This document shows, in pieces, positions 13,140 through 23,479 of a DNA stretch of 64,000 bases. The translations under genes were made by a program, and so were the position numbers. Origin of the DNA: Squalus acanthias (taxonomy: Eukaryota); contig CM059431.1 of assembly GCA_030390025.1 (NCBI GenBank), positions 106,766,001 through 106,830,000 of the forward strand, written 5' to 3'. Position 1 is the first letter of the stretch; each line of letters begins with the position of its first letter. The notes below the pieces were generated by a model. The model did no database searches, was not told the DNA's origin, and saw only the letters and a program-made list of their open reading frames with translations.

Positions 13140-13845
13140 TTTTTTTTTAATCGTTTATGGGATGTGGGCGTCGCTGGCAAGACCAGCATTTATTGCCCAA
13201 ATCTAATTGCCCTTGAGAAGGTGGTGGTGAGCCGCCTTCTTGAACCGCTGCAGTCCGTGTGGTGATGGTACTCCCACAGTGATGTTAGGTAGGGAGTTCC
13301 AGGATTTTGACCCAGCGACGATGAAGGATCGGCGATATACTTCTAAGTCAGGATGGTATGTGACTTGGAGGGGAACTTGGAGGTGGTGGTGGTGTTCCCA
13401 TGCACCTGCTGCCCTTGTCCTTCTAGGTGGAAGAGGTCATGGGTTTGGGAGGTGCTGCCGAAGAAACCTTGGCGAGTTGCTGCAGTGCATCTTGTAGACG
13501 GTACACACTGCAGCCACGATACGCTGGTGGTGGAGGGAGTGAATGTTTAAGGTGGTGGATGGGGTGCCAATCAAGCGGGCTGCGTTGTCCTGGATGGTGT
13601 CGAGCTTCTTGAGTGTTGTTGGAGCTGCACTCATCCAGGCAAGTGGAGAATATTCCATCACACTCCTTACTTGTGCCTTGTAGATGGTAGAAAGGCTTTG
13701 GGGAGTCAGGAGGTGAGACACTCACTGCAGAATACCTAGCCTCTGACCTGCTCTTGTTGCCACATTATTTATGTGGCTTGTCCAGTTAAGTTTCTGGTCA
13801 ATGGTGACCCCCAGGATGTTGTTGGTGGGGGATTCGGTGATGGTT
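13140..13845 (-). mobile_element. LINE 3' fragment (CR1/L2 group, a family distinct from the CR1 copies)
   Basis: ILGVTIDQKLNWTSHI...TIYKAQVRSVMEYSPLAW peptides; tail CAATAAATGCTGG...AAAAAA. Confidence 0.85.
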
Positions 13846-14923
13846 CTTGTACCTCTGTGAGGCACTTTGGGACTTATTAAAGGCAAGTTGGTGTTACTGT
13901 AATCCATATTTGGATGCCTCCTTGTAAAATTTGCGAATGTGAAGAAGACTGCAGCAGATAGTGGATTGGTGCAATGTATTAGACAGCTTCATAAGACGCA
14001 GGCCTCAGTACAGCATTTCCCAGGCCTCCAGTTCCATCAGAACGATCACAGCATATCATCTACCAAACTCTAAACCACTGCTGCCTCCTGTAAAATCTTG
14101 GAATGTGGTGCAGCTGAAGGATCGTCTGCTTTTAAAGGTAAACAGGGGAAGAGAGCGAAAAATATAATTAGCTTTTCAATCATGCTTTTGGGGTTGGCGG
14201 TATGCTACTGAAGGAGCAATCTTTGTGTTCTGGTTGAAACAATGAAGAAATTAGGATGGTACCCTAACTATACTGTAATTTTTAAAAGAAAAACATCTAG
14301 AGACAGAAAAAAACACTAAAGAGCTCTGAGATGTTTTAATGCCAGCCCTATAATCAGCATACCAGATGCTGCATAATTACAGACCTTGAATATTGTGGAA
14401 GGAAAACAATGGGGAAAGAATGCTTTATGACAAACCATAAAACATCACAAAGGCTTACTGAGGAATGCATGTTGCGATGTAGACAGTTTCGTAGGAGGAG
14501 CTCTGTTCCATAGAGTAAACTTCTCTGCCTGATCAGTGGGTAAGTTATTAGCTTCTCATGTGCTTACAGAGAGGGAGCGTAATCTGAAGGCACATTACCT
14601 ACATAGGCTGAGTTGGCGTCTCTCTACTGTAAGCTTTTTGATCAGGGCAAAACCTTGTGCTTTTTAAAAAAAAACCTTACTTGAATCTTCATTTTAAGCA
14701 CTGTATGCACACTTGCAACTGAATGACGCTATTAAATGCAGCAATAATTTACATCAGGCGGCATTTCTGGATCATGGCATTGAGGAACAAATAGAAGAAA
14801 ACTCCAAACAGATTGCCAAATGTCTGATTCCTCTTACAGTACTATTATGGTAGAAGTACTTTCTGGGGAGGGGAGGAGAGAAAATACTGGTTAAAAAGGA
14901 GGGCAAAAAAAAGTGGACAGAAA

Positions 14924-15680
14924 GGGCTGGATTTTGATACTGGGGCGGGCTTGGGTTGTGTTATCCACCCGACTGCAATTGGATGTGGGAGATTGATGCA
15001 ATTTTCACCTAATTGGGCAATTGAGTTCCAGCATGTGGGAACCCATGACCCAATTAGTGGTTTCAGTCTGAAAGTCACCTCTGATGATGTCATCATTGCT
15101 GCTGCATTGAAGGTCAGAGACTGCCTGACCTTTGCTGTGAGAGGACCTGGATGCAAAATGAGCAGCAGCTCTAAGGAGAGAGAGAGAGAGAGAGAGAGAA
15201 TTAATTAATTAATTAATTATTCATTTTGCATCCAGGTCCTCTCACAGCAAAGGCCAGGCAGTCTCTGAAGTCGTTCAATGCAGCAGCATCAGAGGCGACT
15301 TTCAGACCTAATACTACTACTACCTTCATTACATCTCCGTTGTAATAGTGGACCTGTAGCTGATTGTCAGCTATCCAAATGTGCTCCCGCCAAGTTTCAC
15401 AATCATGGTTCAGAACAGGCGTGCTTCACGTAGATCAAGGGTTAAAATCACAAAGGCCTTTCAAAATGGCATTATAGAGCCAATTTAGTGCTTGTTAAGG
15501 GCCTTAACAGCCTATCCCACCTCTTAAAGGCGGGACGGAGTCGGGACTAGCAGACACGATTTAATGAAAATTGCGTGGAGGCGGGATGGAGGCGGACTTG
15601 TGCCCGCCTGCCAGTTTTCGCAATTTTAACCCCCCACATGCCTCCAAACCCGCCTCCACGGGTCAATGCAAATCCAGCCC
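14924..15680. mobile_element. MITE, Harbinger-like, with internal long inverted repeat
   Basis: TIR GGGCTGGATTT / AAATCCAGCCC; 3-bp AAA on both flanks. Confidence 0.8.
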
Positions 15681-15972
15681 AAAGTATATTTTGGAGTAAA
15701 AACTGGGAAGAAGTTGAGGGATTTGGTGAGAAGACTTGTGGAGGTAGTTTGACCTTTCTAAAAGGGATGAGCTTGTTGGGCAAAATGAACTCTTAAAACA
15801 TTTAGGCTAGAAATGACCATTGAAGCTATCAATGGGCAGAAGCTGAATGTGACTTTCCTGTGTCTGCTTTTTTGACTGAGGCATTAACCCATGTTAAATA
15901 AACTGATTAACACACCTGTCATTATACAGGACTTAGTAAAGCCATACAAGCACATAAAGTGTCCTGCTAATA

Positions 15973-16068
15973 AAAACAGTAAAATGCTGGAAATACTCAG
16001 CAGGTCAGGCAGCATCTGTGGAGAGAGAAAGAGAGTTAACGTTTCAGGTCGATGACCTTTCATCAGAA
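15973..16068 (-). mobile_element. Minimal Penelope-derived element: hammerhead ribozyme core + 3' tail
   Basis: Reverse complement reads TT CTGATGA A AGGTC ATC GACCT GAAAC GTT AACT...GATGCTGCCTGACCTGCTGAG; TSD GTGTCCTGCTAATA / GCGTCCTGTTAATA. Confidence 0.85.
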
Positions 16069-16974
16069 GCGTCCTGTTAATATCGCCAACAGTCATTTCT
16101 AAGCTTTTATGTTCTTCAGGGTATGTCATTTATGCCGAGAATCTTTAAGTTACGAGCAATTTCCTTGTACGCCTCTATTTTAACACGGCAGTGAGTTTTT
16201 TGCATCAACAAGGGGGCCAAAGTGCCGCTCCAGTTCTTACGAATATTATCGTTTGTAATAGATACTGCAATATTTGATAAAGTACTGGGTTTGTAACTGT
16301 TGTGATTACTGAATTTGTTGTCCTGGCTGCATTGCGAGGTAGTTCGTTCAAAGAACACTCAGCAGGTGCCAAACCAGTAATCACAAAGATGCCACGTTTA
16401 GCAGTTGCCCAACATGGGGCTCCAACCCCACCAGTGAGAGAGACGTTTCACCTGTCACAGTAAAGCACAGCTCACAGGAAGCGGCTTTGTCAGAACAAAG
16501 CTGCTTAGCAATGCGCTGCCTCATTTCATCCTCAACATGTACCTGTGTGTCACCAGTTACAAAGCTGAAATGTACCGCTGTCTCCGTCCGTCAATCACCA
16601 AATGAGTTAAGAATCATAATTAATTTTTTTAATTAATTTTCTAAATTTTCTAAGCGCGGGCGTTTTAATGGTGAAAATCCTCTTACAGTTCTGAAGAGGC
16701 ATTGAGCCTGATTTTCGACCACACATCTGCCCCACCATTGGGCAGGTCGTGCACCTTGCAAATCAATCTGATTGGAGTACTGCTGAACCTGGATGAATTT
16801 CTGTGTGCAACTAATTTACATGTTGTCGACATAAGTAGTGTGAGGTAAGTGCTGGGGGTCTCGGCAGTGGTCCAAGAGGGGAACCTGTGCACTGCGACAA
16901 CTTAAAAGGACAATAATTTTGTTTTGAATGCTGGCAGCAGAACAACTCTCTGGCTGCTGAAGGCACCAGGCACA

Positions 16975-17170
16975 GTGTGGGAAGGGCTCCTCATTTTCAA
17001 GGGAGGGCGGTGGAAATCATGCTGCTTGCTTCAAGGTGCCGCTGAAGAGGATGGTGCTGTCTCCCAGAAATGGCCGTGCCCAAGACGCAGGAGCACAGAG
17101 CCTTGACAGGAGGTGGCTGGTGTGCTGAATAGAAGGCACGCCCCACTGCTCAGATGGTGCAGAAGGACAA
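16975..17170 (+). pseudogene. Heavily degraded Harbinger Myb/SANT-like gene remnant
   Basis: Frameshifted remnants (RAPHF...AVEIMLL...QEVAGVLNRR...WCRR) resemble the Myb/SANT exon at 29730-29972. Confidence 0.4.
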
Positions 17171-17189
17171 TCCTTCTCGGCCTCCTCCT

Positions 17190-17372
17190 GAGGTCCCCAT
17201 CATCACACATGCCGGTGGTCTTCGGCCAAATTCGATTCATTCCGCGTGACATCAAGAAACGGCTGAGTGCACTGGACAACAGCAAAGGCTGCAGGTCCCG
17301 TCAACATCCCGGCTGTCGTGCTGGAGACCTGTGCTTCAGAACTAGCCGTGCCTCTAGCCAAGCTGTTCCAGC
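17190..17372 (+). mobile_element. LINE internal fragment (pre-RT region)
   Basis: IRFIPRDIKKRLSALD...NIPAVVLETCASELAVPLAKLFQ remnants. Confidence 0.75.
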
Positions 17373-17536
17373 ACTTATTGAATTTTGAAGCTTTCTGAAT
17401 TTTCACTCTTCCCCCTGTTTGTGACATTCCCCTTTAATTATCCTCATTCCTTTAAAATTTGACTTGCATGCAATTTTCCTTTCCTGCCAGTGGTGTCATT
17501 GCTACACCCGTTGGAGTGTTCACCTGGAATTGTGAA

Positions 17537-18322
17537 TACATAGAATTACATAGAGTTTACAGCACAGAAACAGGCCTCCTCCCAACCCTACTTCATCTAA
17601 CTTGATCAGCATGCCCTTCTATATGAGGAGAGATTGGGTCGATTGGGCTTATACTCGCTGGAGTATAGAAGAATGAGAGGGGATCTCATCGAAACATATA
17701 AAATTCTGACACGTCTGGACAAACTAGATGCAGGAAGAATGTTCCCGATGGTCGGAGAGTCCAGAACCAGGGGTCATAATCTAAGGATAACGGGTAAGCC
17801 ATTTAGGACAGAAATGAGGAAGAATTTCTTCACCCAGAGAGTGGTGAACCTGTGGAATTCTCTACCACAGAAGGTAGTTGAGGCCAAGTCATTAAATATA
17901 TTCAAGAATGAGTTAGATATATTTCTTAAAGTTAAAGGTATCAAGGGATATGGGGAGAAGGCAGGTACAGGGTACTGAGTTTGGATGATCAGCCATGATC
18001 TCATCGAATGGCGGAGCAGGCTCGAGGGGCTGAATGGCCTACTCCTGCTCCTATCTTCTATGTTTCTATGTTTCCTTTCTCCCTCATATGTTTATCTAGC
18101 TTCCCCTTAAATGCATCAATGCTATTCGCCTCAATTACTTCTTGTGGTAGCGAGTTCCACATTCTAACCACTCTGGGTAAAAAAAAGATTCTCTTGAATT
18201 CCCGATGGGATTTATTAGTGTTTATCTTATATCTAGTTTTGGATTTCCCCACAAGTGGAAACATCTTCTCTGCGTCTACCCGATCAAAGCCCTTCATAAC
18301 TTTAAAGACCTCTATCAGGTCA
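17537..18322 (-). mobile_element. CR1 3' fragment interrupted by an opposite-strand CR1
   Basis: MKGFDRVDAEKMFPL...RVVRMWNSLP peptide at 18073-18322; its tail is at 17537-17620. Confidence 0.8.
17621..18072 (+). mobile_element. CR1 3' fragment (young subfamily)
   Basis: LGLYSLEYRRMRGDLIETYKIL...GYGEKAGTGY, closely similar to the ORF2 end at 38715. Confidence 0.92.
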
Positions 18323-18392
18323 AAATGAGGTCAGATTGGTGAGTTGAGCACTATTTGTACTACATATTCCGGCAGATCTTAAAGCAGTTCGT

Positions 18393-18758
18393 AAGAACAT
18401 TAGAACATAAGAATTAGGAGCAGGAGTAGGCCATATGGCCCCTCGAGCCTGCTCCACCATCAATAAGATCAAGATTGATCTTCGACCTCAACTCCACTTT
18501 CCCGCCCGATCCCCATATCCCTTGATTCACCTAGAGTCCAAAAATCTATCGATCTCAGCCTTGAATATACTCAATAACTCAGCATCCACCAGCCCTTTGG
18601 GGTAGAGAATTCCAAAGATTCACAACCCTCTGAGTGAAGAAATTCCTCCTCATCTCAGTCTTAAATGACCGACCCCTTATCTTGAGACTATGCCCCTTCG
18701 TTCTGGACTCTCCAGCCAGGGGAAACAACCTCTCAGGATCTATCCTGTCAATCCCCCT
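18393..18758 (-). mobile_element. CR1 3' fragment
   Basis: Reverse complement of the CR1 ORF2 end and 3' UTR. Confidence 0.88.
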
Positions 18759-19036
18759 CAGTTACAAACAAATTAGAACTGACTTACACCTGAAAACAAT
18801 TTGCCTCATGGTATCATTATTATTTTTGTATTGAGGAGGTGTAGTTGTTGGTGCTGTCTGGTGTACCTGGTGCTGCTGGTGTTCCTGGTGCTGCTGCTGT
18901 TGAGACTGATCATAGTGGGATTCTGAAGGCCAAGGTGAGAGAGTATAAAGGGCACCCATGTTGATGGAATAGATGGCAGGTGAAGTTAAGATGACAGAAG
19001 CATTCTGTCAGTGGTGAGAGAGGTTGTTCCAATGAG

Positions 19037-21718
19037 GTGACACTGGATAGAGAGTTTGCTCCAAACACTTGCAACCTGCATAAAGCTCAGGTATCTTCCA
19101 AGACTCGGTTTCACAGCCACATTACTTTCCTCAGCAACTGTCTCCGGTTCCGACTTATCCCACGTGGATTCCAACTAAACTTCCACCCTTCGTGTTTCGG
19201 ATCAACCCAGGATTACAAATATCTCCAAGATATTCATCGTTCCTCGAACTACTGCTCTCGCCGCATCTTGAGATCCACGCTCAACGCCATGCGGCGCCAC
19301 ATGAACACTCTCGACCTCTCTCTTCAGCAGCACCGACGCACTCTATCTCAAAGCTGTCCGGGTCCACAGTTCCATTTCATCCTTAGACTCATCCGACGCT
19401 TCAACAAACAACTTTTCTTCTTCCTTTCCGATGTCAAGGATCGCAAGCTTCAACAACTCTCGGACACTAACGCCCCTCCGGAACCTTCTTCCCCTTCACT
19501 TTCCTCTGACCCCCCTTCTCCCAATCTCACCCCCTGCCGCGTTTTCACTATCCCCTCTGACCTTCCCCTCTCTGACTCCGAACGATCAGTCCTCAGCAGA
19601 GGCCTGACCTTCATCCCCTTACGCCCCCATCTCAATGAATTTCGAGCTCGGCACGATGCTGAGCTCTTTTTCCGCCGCCTCCGTCTCCGTGCCCACTTCT
19701 CTGGCCAGGAGTCTTCCCCCCGCACGGCTGACCCTTTCTCCCGCTTTCAGAATTCTTGTTCCACCTGGACCCCTCCCTCTGGCCTCTTACCCTCTCTAGA
19801 TCTTTTCATTGCTAACTGCCGCCGTGACATCGGCCAGCTCAATTTCTCTGCTCCCCTCACTCACTCCAACCTACCTCCCTCTGAACTTGCAGCACTCCAT
19901 TCTCTCCGATCCAACCCTGACATTGTCATCAAACCTGCTGACAAGGGTGGCGCTGTTGTTGTTTGGCGAACCGACCTCTACCTAGCGGAAGTTGAATGCC
20001 AACTCTCTGACACCTCCTTCTACCTCCACCTGGACCATGATCCCACTACTGAACATCAAGCCACCGTGTCCAAGACCGTCACTGACCTCATCTCCTCTGG
20101 AGATCTTCCCCCCACGGCCGCCAACCTCATAGTTCCCCAACCGCGCACAGCCTGCTTCTACCTCCTTCCCAAGATCCACAAACAGGACTGCCCCGGTAGA
20201 CCCATCGTTTCAGCCTGTTCTTGCCCCACGGAACTTATCTCTTCCTATCTCGACTCTATTTTTTCTCCCCTTGTCCAGTCTCTTCCCACCTACATCCGCG
20301 ACTCTTCCGATGCCCTCCGCCATTTTAACAGTTTCCAGTTTCCTGGCCCCAACCGTCTCCTCTTCACTATGGACGTACAATCCCTCTACACCTCCATTCC
20401 CCACCAGGATGGCCTGAGGGCGCTCCGCTTCTTCCTTGAACAGAGGCCCAACCAGTCCCCATCCACCACCACCCTCCTCCGCCTCACATTGAACAACTTC
20501 TCCTTTGACTCTACCCATTTCCTCCAAATTAAAGGTGTTGCTATGGGTACCCGCATGGGTCCTAGCTATGCCTGCCTTTTCGTGGGATATGTGGAACACT
20601 CTTTGTTCCAGTCCTACTCGGGTCCCCTCCCTCACCTCTTTTTCCGGTACATTGATGACTGTATCGGTGCCGTCTCCTGCTCTCGCCCTGAACTAGAACA
20701 TTTCATTAACTATGCTTCCAATTTCCACCCTTCCCTCACCTTCACATGGTCCATCTCCGACTCTTCCCTTCCCTTCCTCGACTTCTCCATCTCCATCTCT
20801 GGGGATAGGTTATTGACTAACATTCACTACAAGCCCACTGACTCCCACAGCTACCTGGACTACACTTCCTCCCACCCCGCCTCCTGTAAGGACTCTATTC
20901 CATTCTCCCAGTTTCTCCGTCTCCGCCGCATCTGCTCTGATGATGCCACCTTCCATACCAGTGCTTCCGACATGTCTTCCTTTTTCCTCAACCGAGGATT
21001 CCCCTCTACCGTGGTCGACACGGCCCTCAACCGTGTCCGTTCTATCTCCCGCACTTCTGCCCTTACCCCTGCCCCTCCCTCCCGGAACCACGATAGGGTT
21101 CCCCTTGTCCTCACCTTTCACCCCACCAGCCTCCACATTCAACAGATCATCCTCCGCCATTTCCGCCACCTCCAGCGTGATCCCACCACCAAACACATCT
21201 TCCCCTCACCTCCCCTTTCAGCATTCCGCAGGGACCGCTCCCTCCGCGACACCCTAGTCCACTCCTCTACCACTCCCAGCACCCTTTCCCCTTCGCCTGG
21301 CACCTTCCCGTGCACGCGCAGGAGATGCAACACATGCCCTTACACCTCCCCTGTTCCCACTGTCCAGGGCCCCAAACACCCCTTCCAGGTGAAACAGCGA
21401 TTTACTTGTACTTCCTGCAATTTAGTATACTGTATTCGCTGCTCACGATGTGGTCTCCTCTACATTGGGGAGACCAAACGCAGATTGGGTGACCGCTTTG
21501 CGGAACACCTCCGTTCAGTCCGTAAGGGGGACCCCGAGCTCCCGGTGGCCTGTCACTTTAATTCACCGCTTCACTCCCACTCTGACCTCACCGTCCTCGG
21601 CCTATTACACTGTTCCACGGAAGCGCAGCGTAAGCTCGAGGAACAGCACCTCATCTTTCGTTTAGGCACGCTACAGCCCTCTGGACTCAATATCGAGTTC
21701 AACAATTTTAGATCATAA
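19037..21718 (+). CDS. Penelope-like reverse transcriptase / GIY-YIG endonuclease polyprotein (element-derived part starts ~19091; the GTG start lies in flanking DNA)
   Basis: IKPADKGG, FYLLPKIHK...GRPIVS, MDVQSLYTSIP, GVAMGTRMGP, FRYIDD, Cys linker CTRRRCNTC, NLVYCIRC..CGLLYIGET.R.L..RF.EH, GLN; uninterrupted frame. Confidence 0.93.
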   Translation: MTLDREFAPNTCNLHKAQVSSKTRFHSHITFLSNCLRFRLIPRGFQLNFHPSCFGSTQDYKYLQDIHRSSNYCSRRILRSTLNAMRRHMNTLDLSLQQHRRTLSQSCPGPQFHFILRLIRRFNKQLFFFLSDVKDRKLQQLSDTNAPPEPSSPSLSSDPPSPNLTPCRVFTIPSDLPLSDSERSVLSRGLTFIPLRPHLNEFRARHDAELFFRRLRLRAHFSGQESSPRTADPFSRFQNSCSTWTPPSGLLPSLDLFIANCRRDIGQLNFSAPLTHSNLPPSELAALHSLRSNPDIVIKPADKGGAVVVWRTDLYLAEVECQLSDTSFYLHLDHDPTTEHQATVSKTVTDLISSGDLPPTAANLIVPQPRTACFYLLPKIHKQDCPGRPIVSACSCPTELISSYLDSIFSPLVQSLPTYIRDSSDALRHFNSFQFPGPNRLLFTMDVQSLYTSIPHQDGLRALRFFLEQRPNQSPSTTTLLRLTLNNFSFDSTHFLQIKGVAMGTRMGPSYACLFVGYVEHSLFQSYSGPLPHLFFRYIDDCIGAVSCSRPELEHFINYASNFHPSLTFTWSISDSSLPFLDFSISISGDRLLTNIHYKPTDSHSYLDYTSSHPASCKDSIPFSQFLRLRRICSDDATFHTSASDMSSFFLNRGFPSTVVDTALNRVRSISRTSALTPAPPSRNHDRVPLVLTFHPTSLHIQQIILRHFRHLQRDPTTKHIFPSPPLSAFRRDRSLRDTLVHSSTTPSTLSPSPGTFPCTRRRCNTCPYTSPVPTVQGPKHPFQVKQRFTCTSCNLVYCIRCSRCGLLYIGETKRRLGDRFAEHLRSVRKGDPELPVACHFNSPLHSHSDLTVLGLLHCSTEAQRKLEEQHLIFRLGTLQPSGLNIEFNNFRS

Positions 21719-22087
21719 CCTCAGCTCCAATCACATTTATATTTTATTTTTTCCATCCTTTTATTTGCCCCCCCCCCCACCTTTTTTTTCCTCCTAGAAG
21801 CTGGCAGCTTTCCTTCATTCTACCAGTGGATTTCACACTTCTTTCAGCCATAATCTGTCACATTAACACCACCTCTAGCCTTGCATATCTCTTAATGTCT
21901 CTTCATCTCCCCCTTTGTTCTTTTATCCCCTCCCCCTTTTCCCAGCTTTACTCTGGCCTTAAATCTATTTGATTTCCGGCTCTTCACAGTTCTGACGAAA
22001 GGTCATCGACCTGAAACGTTAACTCTCTTTCTCTCTCCATGGATGCTGCCTGGCCTGCTGAGTTTTTCCAGCGTTTTCTGTTGTTAT
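19090..22087 (+). mobile_element. Penelope-like retroelement (Neptune type), slightly 5' truncated
   Basis: RT + GIY-YIG ORF, pyrimidine-rich 3' UTR, hammerhead motif; 13-bp TSD TGCATAAAGCTCA at 19077-19089 and 22088-22100. Confidence 0.95.
21988..22024 (+). ncRNA. Minimal type I hammerhead ribozyme in the Penelope 3' end
   Basis: AGTT-CTGACGA-A-AGGTC-ATC-GACCT-GAAAC-GTT-AACT: stem I AGTT/AACT, core CUGANGA and GAAA, 5-bp stem II, palindromic ACGT stem III, GUU cleavage triplet. Confidence 0.82.
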
Positions 22088-23479
22088 TGCATAAAGCTCA
22101 ATCTGTGTTCCAAATGCAATAAGCAACAACTTCTGAGCATGGAAAGTAAAAAAAACTGTGAATTGGGAGCTTTTATAGCACATTTCAAGCTGTCAAGTAA
22201 TCAGCTGATTCAATGGCCATTCATCTCCTGCCTCAGCTTAACAGACATGATCCCTGAGCAGCGAGGACCCCAGAAGGGGGAGGGGGGGGGGGTGGGTGGC
22301 GAGCATGTAAAGTCAAAAGGTAAACTAAAATGTATTCTTAATGATGTCTAAACAAGGTCATAATGAGCTTAATTGGGTCCCGCACCGCTGCGCGTAGGGT
22401 CTGCTCAGCGCTGAAAGACCCGACATTGGGAAAGGCACGTGGTGACGGGTTGGCAGTGGGGTCCCGCCCCGTTGTGAAAAAAAACAACTTTCCCACACGA
22501 CCCGCCACCGATTCCACCCGCTGACCCCCCGGAAAATTCCAGCCGTTGGTTGAGGGATAAATATTGGCCAGGACACCAGGGATAACTCCCCTGCTCTTCT
22601 TCAAAATAGTGCCATGGGATCTTTTACATCTACCTGAAAGGGTATACTTCATCTATGGTATAAGTTTCATCATTGTACTGTATTATCATGCTGCTATTTC
22701 TTTTTGCTTAGATATATTTCTTATCTGTTCATAAATCCAAACTTGTAATTTAGCCTTTATAATATGGTACAATTTGGGCGGTCCAAATATTTGGCAGTGA
22801 ATGATTTGCCGTGATTCAGGATTATTATTTTTTTAGATTTGAGCTGCTCCAACCCATATACCACCCAAAGAATGAATACATAAGGGACTTGGTTGGTTTG
22901 TGAAAGCTGCACTCTAAGCCATGAATACAAGAAAGGATTTGGGAGAAAAGCCAGAACTCTTACAGCAGTGGGTGAGTCATAGTTTGTAGGCGAGGAGAAG
23001 GAGGTGCTGGTGCCAGAGGAGGAGCAGGAACCCCCCTGCCCTGATGGCCTCATTGGTACCTTCTCAATGACCTGTTCTACATTGAGAAAACCCACTGGCA
23101 CAGTGAAATTGGGCCACCCAAATTGTTGGCTTTGATCAACAATGCATCAGTCACTTGCTGGATACATCTGTGGGCAGAAAGTTAGATGATTCTGTTGACC
23201 TCCCCCATGCCAGCATGAAAGGACAGGAAGAAATGAATGTTGAGTGTGGGCAGTGACTTTGACTGTCACTCTCAGGGCCTTCCCTGCGGTAGACACTGGC
23301 TGCAGATTGCCTTGCAGCAGATGACAAGGCATTGCACCTGACTCCTTGCTCACCCAGAACTTATAGAGGCAGTAGATATGGGCTTGTATGCTCTGGCTGA
23401 TGGCATAATAGCTGATGCAGCCAATCCAAAATTTGGTGCCATCTGATTTCCCTGTATATCTTCCCTGTATATCTGTATA

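Larger units (their letters stand above)
18762..22544 (-). mobile_element. Probable left end of a Harbinger-type transposon, split by the Penelope insertion
   Basis: Terminus GGCTGGAATTTT at 22544 (minus); TATAAAA at 22171-22177; Gln-rich ORF start MGALY...QQQQHQ at 18959; the two sides rejoin across the PLE TSD. Confidence 0.45.

Noticed and set aside
15075..15115. CTGATGA as another hammerhead core
   Set aside because: No correctly spaced GAAA and NUH with a closing stem I
19037..19089. Start codon of the Penelope ORF
   Set aside because: It is a GTG upstream of the left TSD, so it is flanking DNA that is in frame by chance
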